NCBI GenBank assembly: GCA_045577735.1
Contig: JAZNIY010000025.1
Span: 48,964 to 112,963, forward strand
Direction of reading: 5' to 3'
Origin: Candidatus Stercoripulliclostridium sp.
GTDB taxonomy: Bacteria; Bacillota; Clostridia; Christensenellales; DTU072
Length of the DNA stretch: 64,000 nt
Shown here: piece by piece, positions 28,219 through 38,915 of the stretch
Layout of the letters: each line of letters starts with the position of its first letter
How positions within the stretch are numbered: the first letter of the stretch is position 1
The notes under the pieces: model-generated
Told to the model about the DNA's origin: nothing
The model's input: the letters and a program-made list of their open reading frames with translations, nothing else
Databases searched by the model: none
Position numbers and translations under genes: made by a program

Positions 28219-29646
28219 ATGGGAGCAATTTTTGGCATAGTATCGTCAAAAGACTGCCTAAGCGACGTTTTCTTCGGTACCGACTATCATTCACACTTGG
28301 GGACCCGCAGAGGTGGACTTGCAGCCTACGATACCGAGCTTGGTTTACAGCGCAAAATTCACAACATTCAAAACGCGCCTTTTAGAACCAAATTTGAAAA
28401 TATTTTTGATGAAATGAAGGGTAATAGCGTAATCGGATGTATTTCCGATTACGATCCCCAACCCCTAATGATACGCTCAAAGCTTGGCATTTTTGCAATG
28501 TGCGTAGTGGGGCATATTAACAATTATGAAGAACTCATAACCAACTTTTTGGACACCACTGGTGGACATTTTAGCGTGGCAACCGGCAATAGGATTAATA
28601 CAATCGAGTTGGTTGCTTCTTTAATTAGCCAAAAGGATAATTTTGTTGACGGCATAAAGTACGCTCAAGAAGCCATTGACGGAACGGCTTCTATAGCCAT
28701 ATTAAAAGAGGGTGGTCACGTTATTGCTGCTCGCGATCGTTATGGTAGACTACCCATTCAAGTAGGAAAGGATGAAAACGGATATTGTTTTTCCTTCGAG
28801 TCCTATGCTTTTGAAAAACTGGGTTACGAAAAGGTGCGCGAGTTGGGCCCCGGTGAAATCGTGGAAATTACTCCCACGGAAATCATAGAGCTTTCTGCCC
28901 CTCGCAAGGAAATGAAGATGTGTGCGTTCTTGTGGTCTTATTATGGTTACCCCACCACCTCTTACGAGGGCGTTAACGTAGAAGTTATGCGCTATCGCAA
29001 TGGTGAGATTATGGCGGAAATGGACGAAAAGAACTTCCCCGACCTCAAACTTGATTACGTAAGCGGTGTTCCCGACAGCGGTACGCCTCACGCAATAGGA
29101 TACGCTAACAAATCCAAGACGCCTTTTGCACGTCCTTACATAAAGTACACACCCACTTGGGCACGTAGCTTTATGCCAAACAGCCAAGTGGATCGCAATA
29201 GAATTGCAAAGATGAAGCAAATTCCCGTACACGATTTGATTAACGGCAAAGATTTACTTTTCGTGGATGACTCCATAGTAAGAGGCACTCAGCTTCGTGA
29301 AACGGTAGAATTCTTGTATGAGCACGGCGCAAAGAGCGTTCATATTCGCTCTGCTTGTCCACCCATTATGTACGGGTGCAAATACCTTAATTTCTCTCGA
29401 GCCACCTCCGACATGGAACTAATTACCAGAAAGACCATAGTGGAATTAGAGGGAGAAGAGGGACTAAACCACCTTGAAGAGTACGCCGATGCTACTACGG
29501 AAAGGGGTAAGAAAATGAGAAAAGCCATTTGCGACAAGATGCACTTTAGCACCCTTGAATTCCAAAACATGGAAGGTCTTGTTAAGGCAATTGGCATAGA
29601 CGAGTGCAACCTTTGTACTTATTGTTGGAACGGAAAAGAAAAATAA
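28219..29646 (+). CDS. purF: Amidophosphoribosyltransferase
   Basis: [14 protein letters not shown], Fe-S cysteines; N-terminal Cys absent. Confidence 0.93.
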   Translation: MGAIFGIVSSKDCLSDVFFGTDYHSHLGTRRGGLAAYDTELGLQRKIHNIQNAPFRTKFENIFDEMKGNSVIGCISDYDPQPLMIRSKLGIFAMCVVGHINNYEELITNFLDTTGGHFSVATGNRINTIELVASLISQKDNFVDGIKYAQEAIDGTASIAILKEGGHVIAARDRYGRLPIQVGKDENGYCFSFESYAFEKLGYEKVRELGPGEIVEITPTEIIELSAPRKEMKMCAFLWSYYGYPTTSYEGVNVEVMRYRNGEIMAEMDEKNFPDLKLDYVSGVPDSGTPHAIGYANKSKTPFARPYIKYTPTWARSFMPNSQVDRNRIAKMKQIPVHDLINGKDLLFVDDSIVRGTQLRETVEFLYEHGAKSVHIRSACPPIMYGCKYLNFSRATSDMELITRKTIVELEGEEGLNHLEEYADATTERGKKMRKAICDKMHFSTLEFQNMEGLVKAIGIDECNLCTYCWNGKEK

Positions 29647-29657
29647 GGAGATACATT

Positions 29658-30701
29658 ATGAACGAACAATCCAAATCTATAGCATACGCAGAAGCCGGTG
29701 TGGATATTACTGCAGGATACAAAGCTGTTGAGTTAATGAAGAAGCATATTGCAAGGACGATAGTAACCTCCAAGTCCAGTGATATAGGTGGTTTCGGTGG
29801 ACTATTCGAACTTGACCTTTCGGGATATAAAAATCCTGTTTTGGTATCCGGAACGGATGGCGTTGGCACAAAATTGAAGCTTGCTTTCTTGCTAGACAAA
29901 CATAATACCGTAGGTATTGACTGTGTAGCAATGAGTGTTAACGACGTTATTTGTTGTGGTGCTAAACCCTTGTTTTTCCTAGATTATATTGCTTGTGGCA
30001 AGAACGTACCCGAAAAGATAGCCTCCATCGTTGAAGGTATTGCAGAAGGTTGCGTTCAATCTGGTGCCGAACTTATTGGTGGCGAAACTGCTGAAATGCC
30101 CGGCTTCTATCCTGTTGATGAGTACGATCTAGCAGGCTTTGCAGTAGGCATCGTTGACAAGGCAAACGTTATTAAAAAGGAAAATATGTCAGAGGGTGAC
30201 GTTATTATCGCACTACCCTCCTCAGGCGTTCACTCTAATGGCTTTTCTTTGGTTAGAAAGGTATTTGACGTAGAAAACAAAGACCTTAACGGATACAAAG
30301 AAGAACTCGGTGGCAAAGGTCTTGGCGAAACGCTACTAACCCCCACCAGAATATACGTTAAAGCAGTACTTGCACTCATGGAACAAGTTAAGGTTAAGGG
30401 TATTTCCCACATAACCGGTGGTGGTTTCTATGAAAATATTCCACGCTCCATTCCAGACGGTCTTGGCGCAGTAATCGAAAAGAGTGCAGTAAGAATTTTA
30501 CCCATCTTCAAACTCATTCAAAAGGTTGGTGGCATTGATGAAAGAGATATGTTCAACACCTTTAATATGGGCGTAGGTATGAGTATCGTTGTTGCGAAGG
30601 AAGATGCAGACAAAGCTATCGAAATCTTAAAGGCAAACGGCGAAGATGCATACTTATTAGGTAACATCGTTAAGAGCGAGAGCAAAATTACCATTAAATA
30701 G
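29658..30701 (+). CDS. purM: AIR synthetase
   Basis: [31 protein letters not shown]. Confidence 0.97.
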   Translation: MNEQSKSIAYAEAGVDITAGYKAVELMKKHIARTIVTSKSSDIGGFGGLFELDLSGYKNPVLVSGTDGVGTKLKLAFLLDKHNTVGIDCVAMSVNDVICCGAKPLFFLDYIACGKNVPEKIASIVEGIAEGCVQSGAELIGGETAEMPGFYPVDEYDLAGFAVGIVDKANVIKKENMSEGDVIIALPSSGVHSNGFSLVRKVFDVENKDLNGYKEELGGKGLGETLLTPTRIYVKAVLALMEQVKVKGISHITGGGFYENIPRSIPDGLGAVIEKSAVRILPIFKLIQKVGGIDERDMFNTFNMGVGMSIVVAKEDADKAIEILKANGEDAYLLGNIVKSESKITIK

Positions 30702-30709
30702 GGGAAGGC

Positions 30710-31357
30710 ATGGTTAAAAATATACTAAAGAATATAATTTATGGTTTCTTGGCAGGCGCAATGATAAGCATTGGCTGTGCCGTATATCTTGCTTGTGCAA
30801 ACAAGTACGTTGGAGCCGTTATGTTTAGCGTTGCACTACTAACCATTTGCTACAAAGGATACAACCTTTATACCGGTAGAATTGGTTTTATAGTAAACGG
30901 CCACACTAAGGAAGATTTTAGTGGATTATTGCTTGGCCTTCTTGGCAACACCATTGCTATGATGGCTTTTGGTGCAATGCTGGGTTATGCTCTACCCAAT
31001 GTTCAAGAAACGGCAGTGGGCGTTGTTAGCTTAAAGCTCGCCCAATCATTTGGTAGCGCATTAATAAGAGCAATCTTTTGTGGCATTTTAATGTATATCG
31101 CAGTTTCTCTTTACAGGGAAAAGAAAACCATAGTCGGCATCGTATTCTGCATTCCCGTATTTATTCTTTCCGGCTTTGAGCACAGCATAGCAGATATGGG
31201 ATATTTTGCAGTTGCAGGCGAGTGGAGTATTAAGGGCTTCGGTTATATCTGGACCATTATTTTGGGTAACTCAATAGGAGCAATGTTGTTCCCCGCTCTT
31301 AAACTTTTGGTTAAAGAAAGGAAGATTAAGGAAGAGGATAAAAATGGTGAAAACTAA
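30710..31357 (+). CDS. Formate/nitrite transporter (FNT) family protein
   Basis: LYTG, GNTI, FILSGFEHSIAD, GNSIG. Confidence 0.85.
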   Translation: MVKNILKNIIYGFLAGAMISIGCAVYLACANKYVGAVMFSVALLTICYKGYNLYTGRIGFIVNGHTKEDFSGLLLGLLGNTIAMMAFGAMLGYALPNVQETAVGVVSLKLAQSFGSALIRAIFCGILMYIAVSLYREKKTIVGIVFCIPVFILSGFEHSIADMGYFAVAGEWSIKGFGYIWTIILGNSIGAMLFPALKLLVKERKIKEEDKNGEN

Positions 31358-31955
31358 GATTGCTGTTTTAGTATCGGGAGGGGGAACCAACCTCCAAGCT
31401 CTAATTGACGCCGAAAAGAGTGGTATTCTCAATAGTGGCGCAATCTCCCTTGTTATAGCCAACAACAAGGATGCATACGCGCTTGAAAGGGCAAAGCAAA
31501 ACGGCATTCAGAGTGCTGTCGTGCTCAAAAAAGAGTGTGCTTCTCAACTCGACTTTGAAAACAAAATTATTGCTCTAATAGAAGAAAACGATATTGACCT
31601 AATAGTGCTTGCGGGCTTTATGTCCATTTTAAGCGAGCATTTCACGTCAAAATACGATCATCGCATTTTAAACGTACATCCCTCGCTCATTCCCAGTTTT
31701 TGTGGTCAAGGATTTTATGGACTACGCGTACACGAATCAGCCCTCAATTATGGGGTTAAGGTGACGGGTGCTACGGTACACTTCGTAAACGAAATTCCCG
31801 ATGGCGGTGAAATCATAATGCAAAAGGCCGTGGAAATACAAGAAGGCGACACTCCCGAAACGTTGCAAAAAAGAGTAATGGTAGAGGCGGAGTGGAAGAT
31901 TTTACCATTATCAGTAGAAAAAATAAGCAAAAAAATACTAGACGAAAGGAGATAG
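31344..31955 (+). CDS. purN: GAR transformylase
   Basis: SGGGTNLQA, LAGFM, NVHPSL, GATVH. Confidence 0.96.
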   Translation: MVKTKIAVLVSGGGTNLQALIDAEKSGILNSGAISLVIANNKDAYALERAKQNGIQSAVVLKKECASQLDFENKIIALIEENDIDLIVLAGFMSILSEHFTSKYDHRILNVHPSLIPSFCGQGFYGLRVHESALNYGVKVTGATVHFVNEIPDGGEIIMQKAVEIQEGDTPETLQKRVMVEAEWKILPLSVEKISKKILDERR

Positions 31956-31957
31956 TT

Positions 31958-32677
31958 ATGGATATTTACAAGATTAACGATATAGGCGAGCTCATCAAAG
32001 ACAACGCTTACGTAGGTAGAGGAATAGTGCTAGGTAAAACCGAAGACGGTACCAAAGCAGTTAGCGCATATTTCATAATGGGAAGAAGCGCAAATTCCCG
32101 TAATCGTATCTTTACCGAAAAGAATGGCGAAGTATTCACCGAGCCCTTTGATGCAAGCAAGGTAGAAGACCCCAGCCTCATCATTTATGCCGCAATTAGA
32201 AGATATGAAAACAAACTTATTGTAACCAACGGCGACCAAACCGATACTATCTACGAAGGTCTCCAAAACGGAAAGTGTTTCAAGTGTGCGTTGGAATCAC
32301 GAGAGTTCGAGCCGGATGCTCCCAACCTCACTCCTCGCATTAGTGGTATGATTACCTTTAAGGATAATGATTTTAGTTATGAAATGAGCATTTTGAAGTC
32401 TGCAGACGCAGTAGGAAGTGCTTGCAATCGTTACACTTATTCATACAGCCCCTTGAACGGACTGGGTCATTTTATACACACCTACGTTTGTGACGGCAAT
32501 CCAATTCCCACCTTCCAAGGCGAGCCCGAAAGAGTATTTATCGATAACGATATAGACGCTTTCACCACCAATCTTTGGAACAATCTTAACGAAGCAAACA
32601 AGATTTCCTTGTACGTAAAGTACGTTGATCTTGCAAACGGTAAAGAAGAAAACAGATTAATCAACAAAAACAAATAA
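31958..32677 (+). CDS. Stand-alone IMP cyclohydrolase (PurO-like, Ntn fold)
   Basis: YVGRG, MGRSANSRNR, TNGDQTD, EPDAPNLTPRISG. Confidence 0.85.
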   Translation: MDIYKINDIGELIKDNAYVGRGIVLGKTEDGTKAVSAYFIMGRSANSRNRIFTEKNGEVFTEPFDASKVEDPSLIIYAAIRRYENKLIVTNGDQTDTIYEGLQNGKCFKCALESREFEPDAPNLTPRISGMITFKDNDFSYEMSILKSADAVGSACNRYTYSYSPLNGLGHFIHTYVCDGNPIPTFQGEPERVFIDNDIDAFTTNLWNNLNEANKISLYVKYVDLANGKEENRLINKNK

Positions 32678-32690
32678 TAAGGAGATAAAA

Positions 32691-33878
32691 ATGAAAGAAT
32701 TCGAATTAAAGTATGGCTGTAACCCCAACCAAAAGCCCGCTAAAATCTATATGAAGAGTGGCGCAGATCTACCCATCGAGATTTTGTCTGGCCGTCCCGG
32801 CTACATCAACTTTTTGGATGCTTTTAACTCTTGGCAATTGGTTAAAGAAGTTAAGGAAGCAACCGGAATGGTATGTGCAACCTCTTTCAAACACGTATCT
32901 CCCACCTCTGCAGCAGTTGGCAAGCCCCTTAGTGCAAAACTAAAGAAGGCCTGTTTTGTTGACGACATCGAAGGCTTGGACGAAAGTCCCCTCGCTTGTG
33001 CATACGCCAGAGCTCGTGGTACCGACCGTATGAGTAGCTTTGGCGACTGGATTGCACTTTCTGACGAATGCGACCTTACCACTGCAAAAATAATAGAGCG
33101 CGAAGTAAGTGACGGCGTTATTGCTCCCGGATATTCCGAAGAAGCATTAGCACTTCTAAAGACCAAGAGAAAGGGCAACTATAATATCGTTAAAATTGAT
33201 CCTAACTACATTCCCGAAGTACAAGAAACCAAAGACGTTTTTGGCATCACCTTTGAACAAGGCAGAAATAACTTTAAAATCAATAGGGAACTACTCCAAA
33301 ATATCGTAACCGAAAACAAGGACCTACCCGAAGAAAAAATAATCGATATGATTATTGCTCTTATCACCCTTAAATACACCCAATCAAACAGCGTATGCTT
33401 TGCAATGGATGGACAAGCAATCGGTGTTGGTGCCGGTCAACAATCGCGTATTCATTGTACCCGTCTTGCAGCTCAAAAGGCAGACCTATGGATACTCCGT
33501 CAAAGCGACAGAGTGCTAAACCTTGAATTCGCTGACGGCGTGGGCAGACCGGATATGAACAATATTATCGACCTATATTTGAGTGACGTTGACTACGTTG
33601 ACGTACTAGGCGACGACGTATGGCAAAAGTACTTCAAGGTTCGTCCCGCTCGCTTTACCAGAGAGGAAAAGGACGCATATCTTGCTTCCGTTAAAGGCGT
33701 AACTCTTGCTTCCGATGCATTCTTCCCCTTTAGCGATAACATTGACAAGGCAGCTAAGAGTGGCGTATCTTACGTAGTTGAGCCCGGTGGCTCCATTCGT
33801 GATGATTTGGTAATTGAAGCTTGCAATCGTCACGGTATGGTAATGTGCTTTACCGGAATGAGACTTTTCCACCACTAA
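32691..33878 (+). CDS. purH: AICAR transformylase (PurH C-terminal domain only)
   Basis: LKYGCNPNQ, SFKHVSP, GQQSRIHC, SDAFFPF. Confidence 0.92.
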   Translation: MKEFELKYGCNPNQKPAKIYMKSGADLPIEILSGRPGYINFLDAFNSWQLVKEVKEATGMVCATSFKHVSPTSAAVGKPLSAKLKKACFVDDIEGLDESPLACAYARARGTDRMSSFGDWIALSDECDLTTAKIIEREVSDGVIAPGYSEEALALLKTKRKGNYNIVKIDPNYIPEVQETKDVFGITFEQGRNNFKINRELLQNIVTENKDLPEEKIIDMIIALITLKYTQSNSVCFAMDGQAIGVGAGQQSRIHCTRLAAQKADLWILRQSDRVLNLEFADGVGRPDMNNIIDLYLSDVDYVDVLGDDVWQKYFKVRPARFTREEKDAYLASVKGVTLASDAFFPFSDNIDKAAKSGVSYVVEPGGSIRDDLVIEACNRHGMVMCFTGMRLFHH

Positions 33879-33910
33879 AATATAAACCCGAAAGGGAAAC
33901 GGAGCAGATT

Positions 33911-35179
33911 ATGAAAATATTGGTTGTAGGTGGCGGCGGAAGAGAGCATGCCGTCATCAAGGCGATAAAAAAGAATAAAGACGTTAAGGAAATATATGCT
34001 TGTCCGGGTAATGGTGGCATGGCAAATGATGCTACCTTAGTTGATATTAAGGCAACCGATTTACAGGGCATAGTGGATTTTGCAGTAGAAAAGAAGATAG
34101 ATTATGCTATCGTCACCCCCGATGACCCATTGTGTCTAGGCTGTGTAGATGCTTTGAATGAAAAAGGTATACCTTGTTTTGGCCCCGATAAAAAGGCTGC
34201 GATAATTGAAGGTAGCAAGGCTTTCAGCAAGGATCTAATGAAGAAATACGGCATTCCTACTGCTAAATACGAAGTATTTACCGAAAGAGAAAGAGCTCTT
34301 GAATACTTAAAGAGTTGCGATATGCCAATAGTAATCAAGGCCGATGGTTTGGCTCTTGGAAAGGGCGTAATTATTGCAAATAATATGGTGGAAGCCGTTG
34401 ATGCCGTCAACTCTATGATGGAAAGCAAGATTTTTGGTGAAAGTGGTTCAAAGGTTGTTATTGAGGAATTCCTTACCGGTCCCGAAATAAGTGTACTTTC
34501 ATTTACCGATGGCAACGTAGTAGTGCCCATGGTTTCTTCCATGGATCATAAGCGCGCACGCGACAACGATGAAGGACTTAACACCGGAGGCATGGGCACG
34601 GTTGCTCCCAATCCTTACTACACCGAAGAGGTTCAAAAAGAGTGTATGGAAAGGATTTTTAAGCCCACGATAGAGGCTATGAACAAAGAGGGCAGAACCT
34701 TTAAAGGTTGCTTGTACTTCGGTTTGATGCTCACTCCTAACGGACCCAAAGTAATAGAATACAACTGCCGTTTTGGCGATCCCGAAACCCAAGTCGTACT
34801 TCCTCTACTCGAAAGCGACTTGTTGACAATTATGAAAGCAACTACCGACGGCACGCTTGACAAAACCGAAGTAAAGTTTTCTTCCAAGAATGCTTGTTGT
34901 GTCATAATGGCGTCGGATGGGTATCCAAGTAGCTATAAAAAGGGATATGAAATAACCATTCCTGATGAACTTAGTGACAGCGTTTACGTGGCTGGCGCAG
35001 TTGAAAAAGAAGGTAAACTTCTAACAAATGGTGGCAGAGTGCTTGGCGTTACCGCTATTGCAGATTCGCTAGAAGAAGCAATAGAGTGTGCCTATGGTAA
35101 AGTCAAAAATATAAGTTTTGAAAACGCTTACTATAGGAAAGACATAGGCAAAAGAGCGCTTGCAAAAAAGGAGGCTTAG
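33911..35179 (+). CDS. purD: GAR synthetase
   Basis: GGGGREHA, KADGLALGKGV, EYNCRFGDPE. Confidence 0.97.
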   Translation: MKILVVGGGGREHAVIKAIKKNKDVKEIYACPGNGGMANDATLVDIKATDLQGIVDFAVEKKIDYAIVTPDDPLCLGCVDALNEKGIPCFGPDKKAAIIEGSKAFSKDLMKKYGIPTAKYEVFTERERALEYLKSCDMPIVIKADGLALGKGVIIANNMVEAVDAVNSMMESKIFGESGSKVVIEEFLTGPEISVLSFTDGNVVVPMVSSMDHKRARDNDEGLNTGGMGTVAPNPYYTEEVQKECMERIFKPTIEAMNKEGRTFKGCLYFGLMLTPNGPKVIEYNCRFGDPETQVVLPLLESDLLTIMKATTDGTLDKTEVKFSSKNACCVIMASDGYPSSYKKGYEITIPDELSDSVYVAGAVEKEGKLLTNGGRVLGVTAIADSLEEAIECAYGKVKNISFENAYYRKDIGKRALAKKEA

Positions 35180-35180
35180 T

Positions 35181-38100
35181 ATGGTTTATAGAATTTACGT
35201 AGAAAAGAAGGCTGGATTTGACCATGAAGCACAAAGTTTGACGAAAGAAGTACGCGAGCTCTTGGAAATTTCTAGTGTAGAGAGCATTCGCGTTATTAAT
35301 CGTTATGACGTAGAAGAGATCGAAAAGGAACTTTTTGATTATGCCGTTAAAACGGTATTTTCCGAGCCTCAAATGGACAATGCTACTTTGAAGATAGAAA
35401 GCGGTGAGGCCAAGGTTTTTGCAGTAGAATATCTTCCCGGTCAATTTGACCAAAGAGCAGATTCTGCAGCCCAATGTATACAGCTAATAAGTCAAAAAGA
35501 ACGCCCCTTGGTTAGAACGGCTAAGGTATATTGCGTATACGGCGACTTGAGTGCAAGCGAGCTTGAGCAAATCAAAAAGCACGTTATAAATCCCGTTGAA
35601 GCACGTGAAGCAAGTCTTGACGAGGTGGCTACATTGAAGCAAGAAAATGAAATTCCCACCGAAGTTGCTACTTTAGAGGGATTCATTACTCTTAATCGCA
35701 ACGGCCTTGCAGATTTCGTTAAGAGCTATGGTCTTGCTATGGATATTGACGATATCGCATTCTGTCAACAATATTTTATTAGCGAAAATCGTAATCCCAC
35801 GATTACCGAAATTCGCATGATAGATACCTATTGGTCAGACCATTGCCGTCATACTACCTTTAACACTACGATCGATAGCGTTAAGTTTGAAGACGAGCTA
35901 CTCCAAAGCACCTATGAAGAATATATTGCTACGCGCAAGGAACTAAATAGAACTAAGCCCGTTAATTTGATGGACATAGGTACTATTGCAGCAAAAATAC
36001 TTAAGAAACAAGGATATCTTAACAAGCTTGATGAAAGTGAAGAAATTAATGCTTGTACCGTTAAAATAAAGGTGAACGTAGAGGGCACGGAGGAAGATTG
36101 GCTACTTCTATTCAAGAACGAAACACACAATCACCCCACCGAAATTGAGCCTTTTGGTGGTGCGGCAACTTGTATCGGTGGCGCTATTCGTGACCCATTG
36201 TCCGGCAGATCTTACGTTTACGCAGCAATGCGTGTAACAGGCGCTGCAGATCCATTAAAGCCTGTTAAAGATACGATTAAAGGCAAACTTCCCCAAAGAA
36301 AAATTGTTACTACTGCAGCGGCAGGCTACTCCTCCTATGGCAACCAAATTGGTCTAGCAACCGGTCAAGTTGATGAAATATATCACGAAGGATACGTTGC
36401 AAAGCGTTTGGAAATAGGTGCCGTTATTGCCGCAACACCGGCAAAGAACGTTAGACGTGAATGTCCTGTCGCAGGTGACAAGATTATCCTCATTGGTGGA
36501 AGAACGGGCCGTGACGGATGTGGTGGCGCAACCGGATCATCCAAATCTCACACCACCGAATCTTTGACCAAATCTGGCGCAGAAGTTCAAAAGGGAAACG
36601 CGCCCGAAGAAAGAAAGCTACAACGTTTGTTCCGTAATGAAAGAGCATCCTTGCTCATTAAGCGTTGCAACGACTTTGGTGCAGGTGGCGTTTCCGTTGC
36701 AATAGGCGAATTGGCAGACGGCCTTGAAATATACCTAAACGCAGTGCCCAAGAAGTACGATGGACTGGATGGTACCGAACTAGCAATTAGCGAATCACAA
36801 GAAAGAATGGCCGTTGTTGTAGAGGCCGATAAAGTAGAGGAATTCATCGCTCTTGCAAGCAAAGAAAACCTTGAAGCAACCATAGTTGCAACCGTTACCG
36901 ATCGTAACCGTTTGGTTATGAATTGGAACGGCAAGATTATTTGCGACATATCTCGCGACTTCTTGAACAGCAATGGCGCAGAAAAGCACGTTGACGTTCA
37001 AGGCGTAAGTTGCGCTAACTTCGAAAAACCCGAAGTAAGCGATTTTAAGAATGGATACAAAGCACTAGCAGGCGATCTTAACGTATGTTCCAAGAGGGGA
37101 CTTTCCGAAAGGTTTGACTCTACGATAGGTGCGGGTACCGTACTTATGCCTTTTGGTGGAAAATACCAACAAACACCTCCTCAAGCAATGGTACACCTAG
37201 TTTCCGTTGAAGAAAAGCACACTGACACGGTATCGTTTATGAGCTGGGGTGGCAACCCCTACGTTGCAGAAAAGAGCCCATACCATGGCGCGTATTTTGC
37301 AGTAGTAGAAAGTATTAGCAAACTTATTGCAAGTGGTGCTGATTATAGTGACATATACCTTACATTCCAAGAATACTTCAAAAAGCTTGGCAAAGATGCA
37401 AAACGCTGGGGGGAACCACTAAGCGCTCTATTAGGCGCATTCAAGGCACAAAAGGAACTAAAGTGTGCAGCAATTGGTGGCAAGGACAGCATGAGTGGTA
37501 GCTTCGAAAATATTGACGTTCCACCCACTTTAGTTTCATTTGCAGTAACGACCGGTAAAGTTGATAGGGTTGTTTCTCCCGAATTCAAAAAAGCAAATTC
37601 TAAAGTTGTGGTTGTTAAGCCCGATTATGATAGAAATGGACTACCGGTTACCGAAAGTTTGGTTAAGGTATACCAAAATGTTGTAGATTTGTTAAAGAGT
37701 GGTAGGGCAATATCAGCTTATACTCCCACTTATGGTGGCATAGCAGAAGGTGTCTTAAAGAGTGCTATTGGTAATGGCATAGGTTTTAAGTACGGTGCTA
37801 ACGTTAAGGTAAACGACCTCTTCAAATACAACTATGGCGCGTTCGTTCTTGAACTAGCAAGTGACGTACAAGTAGGGGAACTTCTTGGTTATACTACGGA
37901 AGAAAGGGTAATTTCCTTAGGAAGCGAAGTGCTATCACTTGACGAACTCCAAGCAATATACGAAAACAAATTGGAGCCGGTATACAGCTGTAATATTAAA
38001 GCACGCGAGCAAGAGCTTGTTAACTTCACTTATGAAAGTGACGTTATTACTGCTCCTCAAATCAAGGTTGCTCGTCCCAAAGTTCTCATTCCCGTATTTC

Positions 38101-38870
38101 CAGGCACGAACTGTGAGTTCGATACGGCAAAGGCATTTAGAGATGCAGGCGCAGAACCCGAAATCTTCGTTGTTCGCAACCTAAGTAGCGATGACGTATC
38201 TCGCTCTGTTGAGCAGTTCGCTAAGAAGTGCAAGGATAGTCAAATAGTATTTATCCCCGGTGGATTCTCCGGCGGTGACGAGCCCGATGGCTCCGGTAAG
38301 TTTATTACGGCATTCTTCCGTAACGGTGCAGTTAAGGAAAGAGTACACGAACTTCTTAACGATCGTGACGGTCTTATGGGAGGCATCTGTAATGGCTTCC
38401 AAGCCCTTGTAAAACTAGGTCTTGTTCCCTATGGTAAGATTATAGACACCGACGAAAACTGCCCCACACTCACCTATAATGATATAGGGCGTCACCAATC
38501 CAGAATAGTTAGAGTAAGAGTATGCTCCAACAATTCTCCTTGGCTAAAGGGTGTAAACGTAGGCGACGTATTCAACGTACCCATTTCTCATGGTGAAGGC
38601 AAGTTTATTGCCCCTCAAAAGCTAATAGAGGAGCTTGCAAACAATGGTCAAATTATGACTCAATACGTTGACCTCGAAGGAAAGGCAACCATCGATATTC
38701 GCTTTAATCCCAACGGTAGCACCATGGCGATAGAGGGTATTCTCTCTCCCGACGGCAGAGTATTCGGCAAGATGGGACACTCGGAAAGAAAGGGATATGG
38801 ACTCTACAAAAACGTCTGTGGTAAGTACGATATGGCACTCTTTGAGTCTGCAGTAAAATATTTTAAATAA
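35181..38870 (+). CDS. purL: FGAM synthase, large single-chain form
   Basis: WSDHCRH, KNETHNHPT, FPGTNC, GICNGFQ, GHSER. Confidence 0.97.
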   Translation: MVYRIYVEKKAGFDHEAQSLTKEVRELLEISSVESIRVINRYDVEEIEKELFDYAVKTVFSEPQMDNATLKIESGEAKVFAVEYLPGQFDQRADSAAQCIQLISQKERPLVRTAKVYCVYGDLSASELEQIKKHVINPVEAREASLDEVATLKQENEIPTEVATLEGFITLNRNGLADFVKSYGLAMDIDDIAFCQQYFISENRNPTITEIRMIDTYWSDHCRHTTFNTTIDSVKFEDELLQSTYEEYIATRKELNRTKPVNLMDIGTIAAKILKKQGYLNKLDESEEINACTVKIKVNVEGTEEDWLLLFKNETHNHPTEIEPFGGAATCIGGAIRDPLSGRSYVYAAMRVTGAADPLKPVKDTIKGKLPQRKIVTTAAAGYSSYGNQIGLATGQVDEIYHEGYVAKRLEIGAVIAATPAKNVRRECPVAGDKIILIGGRTGRDGCGGATGSSKSHTTESLTKSGAEVQKGNAPEERKLQRLFRNERASLLIKRCNDFGAGGVSVAIGELADGLEIYLNAVPKKYDGLDGTELAISESQERMAVVVEADKVEEFIALASKENLEATIVATVTDRNRLVMNWNGKIICDISRDFLNSNGAEKHVDVQGVSCANFEKPEVSDFKNGYKALAGDLNVCSKRGLSERFDSTIGAGTVLMPFGGKYQQTPPQAMVHLVSVEEKHTDTVSFMSWGGNPYVAEKSPYHGAYFAVVESISKLIASGADYSDIYLTFQEYFKKLGKDAKRWGEPLSALLGAFKAQKELKCAAIGGKDSMSGSFENIDVPPTLVSFAVTTGKVDRVVSPEFKKANSKVVVVKPDYDRNGLPVTESLVKVYQNVVDLLKSGRAISAYTPTYGGIAEGVLKSAIGNGIGFKYGANVKVNDLFKYNYGAFVLELASDVQVGELLGYTTEERVISLGSEVLSLDELQAIYENKLEPVYSCNIKAREQELVNFTYESDVITAPQIKVARPKVLIPVFPGTNCEFDTAKAFRDAGAEPEIFVVRNLSSDDVSRSVEQFAKKCKDSQIVFIPGGFSGGDEPDGSGKFITAFFRNGAVKERVHELLNDRDGLMGGICNGFQALVKLGLVPYGKIIDTDENCPTLTYNDIGRHQSRIVRVRVCSNNSPWLKGVNVGDVFNVPISHGEGKFIAPQKLIEELANNGQIMTQYVDLEGKATIDIRFNPNGSTMAIEGILSPDGRVFGKMGHSERKGYGLYKNVCGKYDMALFESAVKYFK

Positions 38871-38915
38871 AACACGCTAAATATAACGAAAACAACTAAA
38901 AAAAAGGAGATAACT

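Noticed and set aside
31958-33878. Split PurH (separate cyclohydrolase and transformylase)
   Set aside because: A known arrangement in Clostridia; not novel
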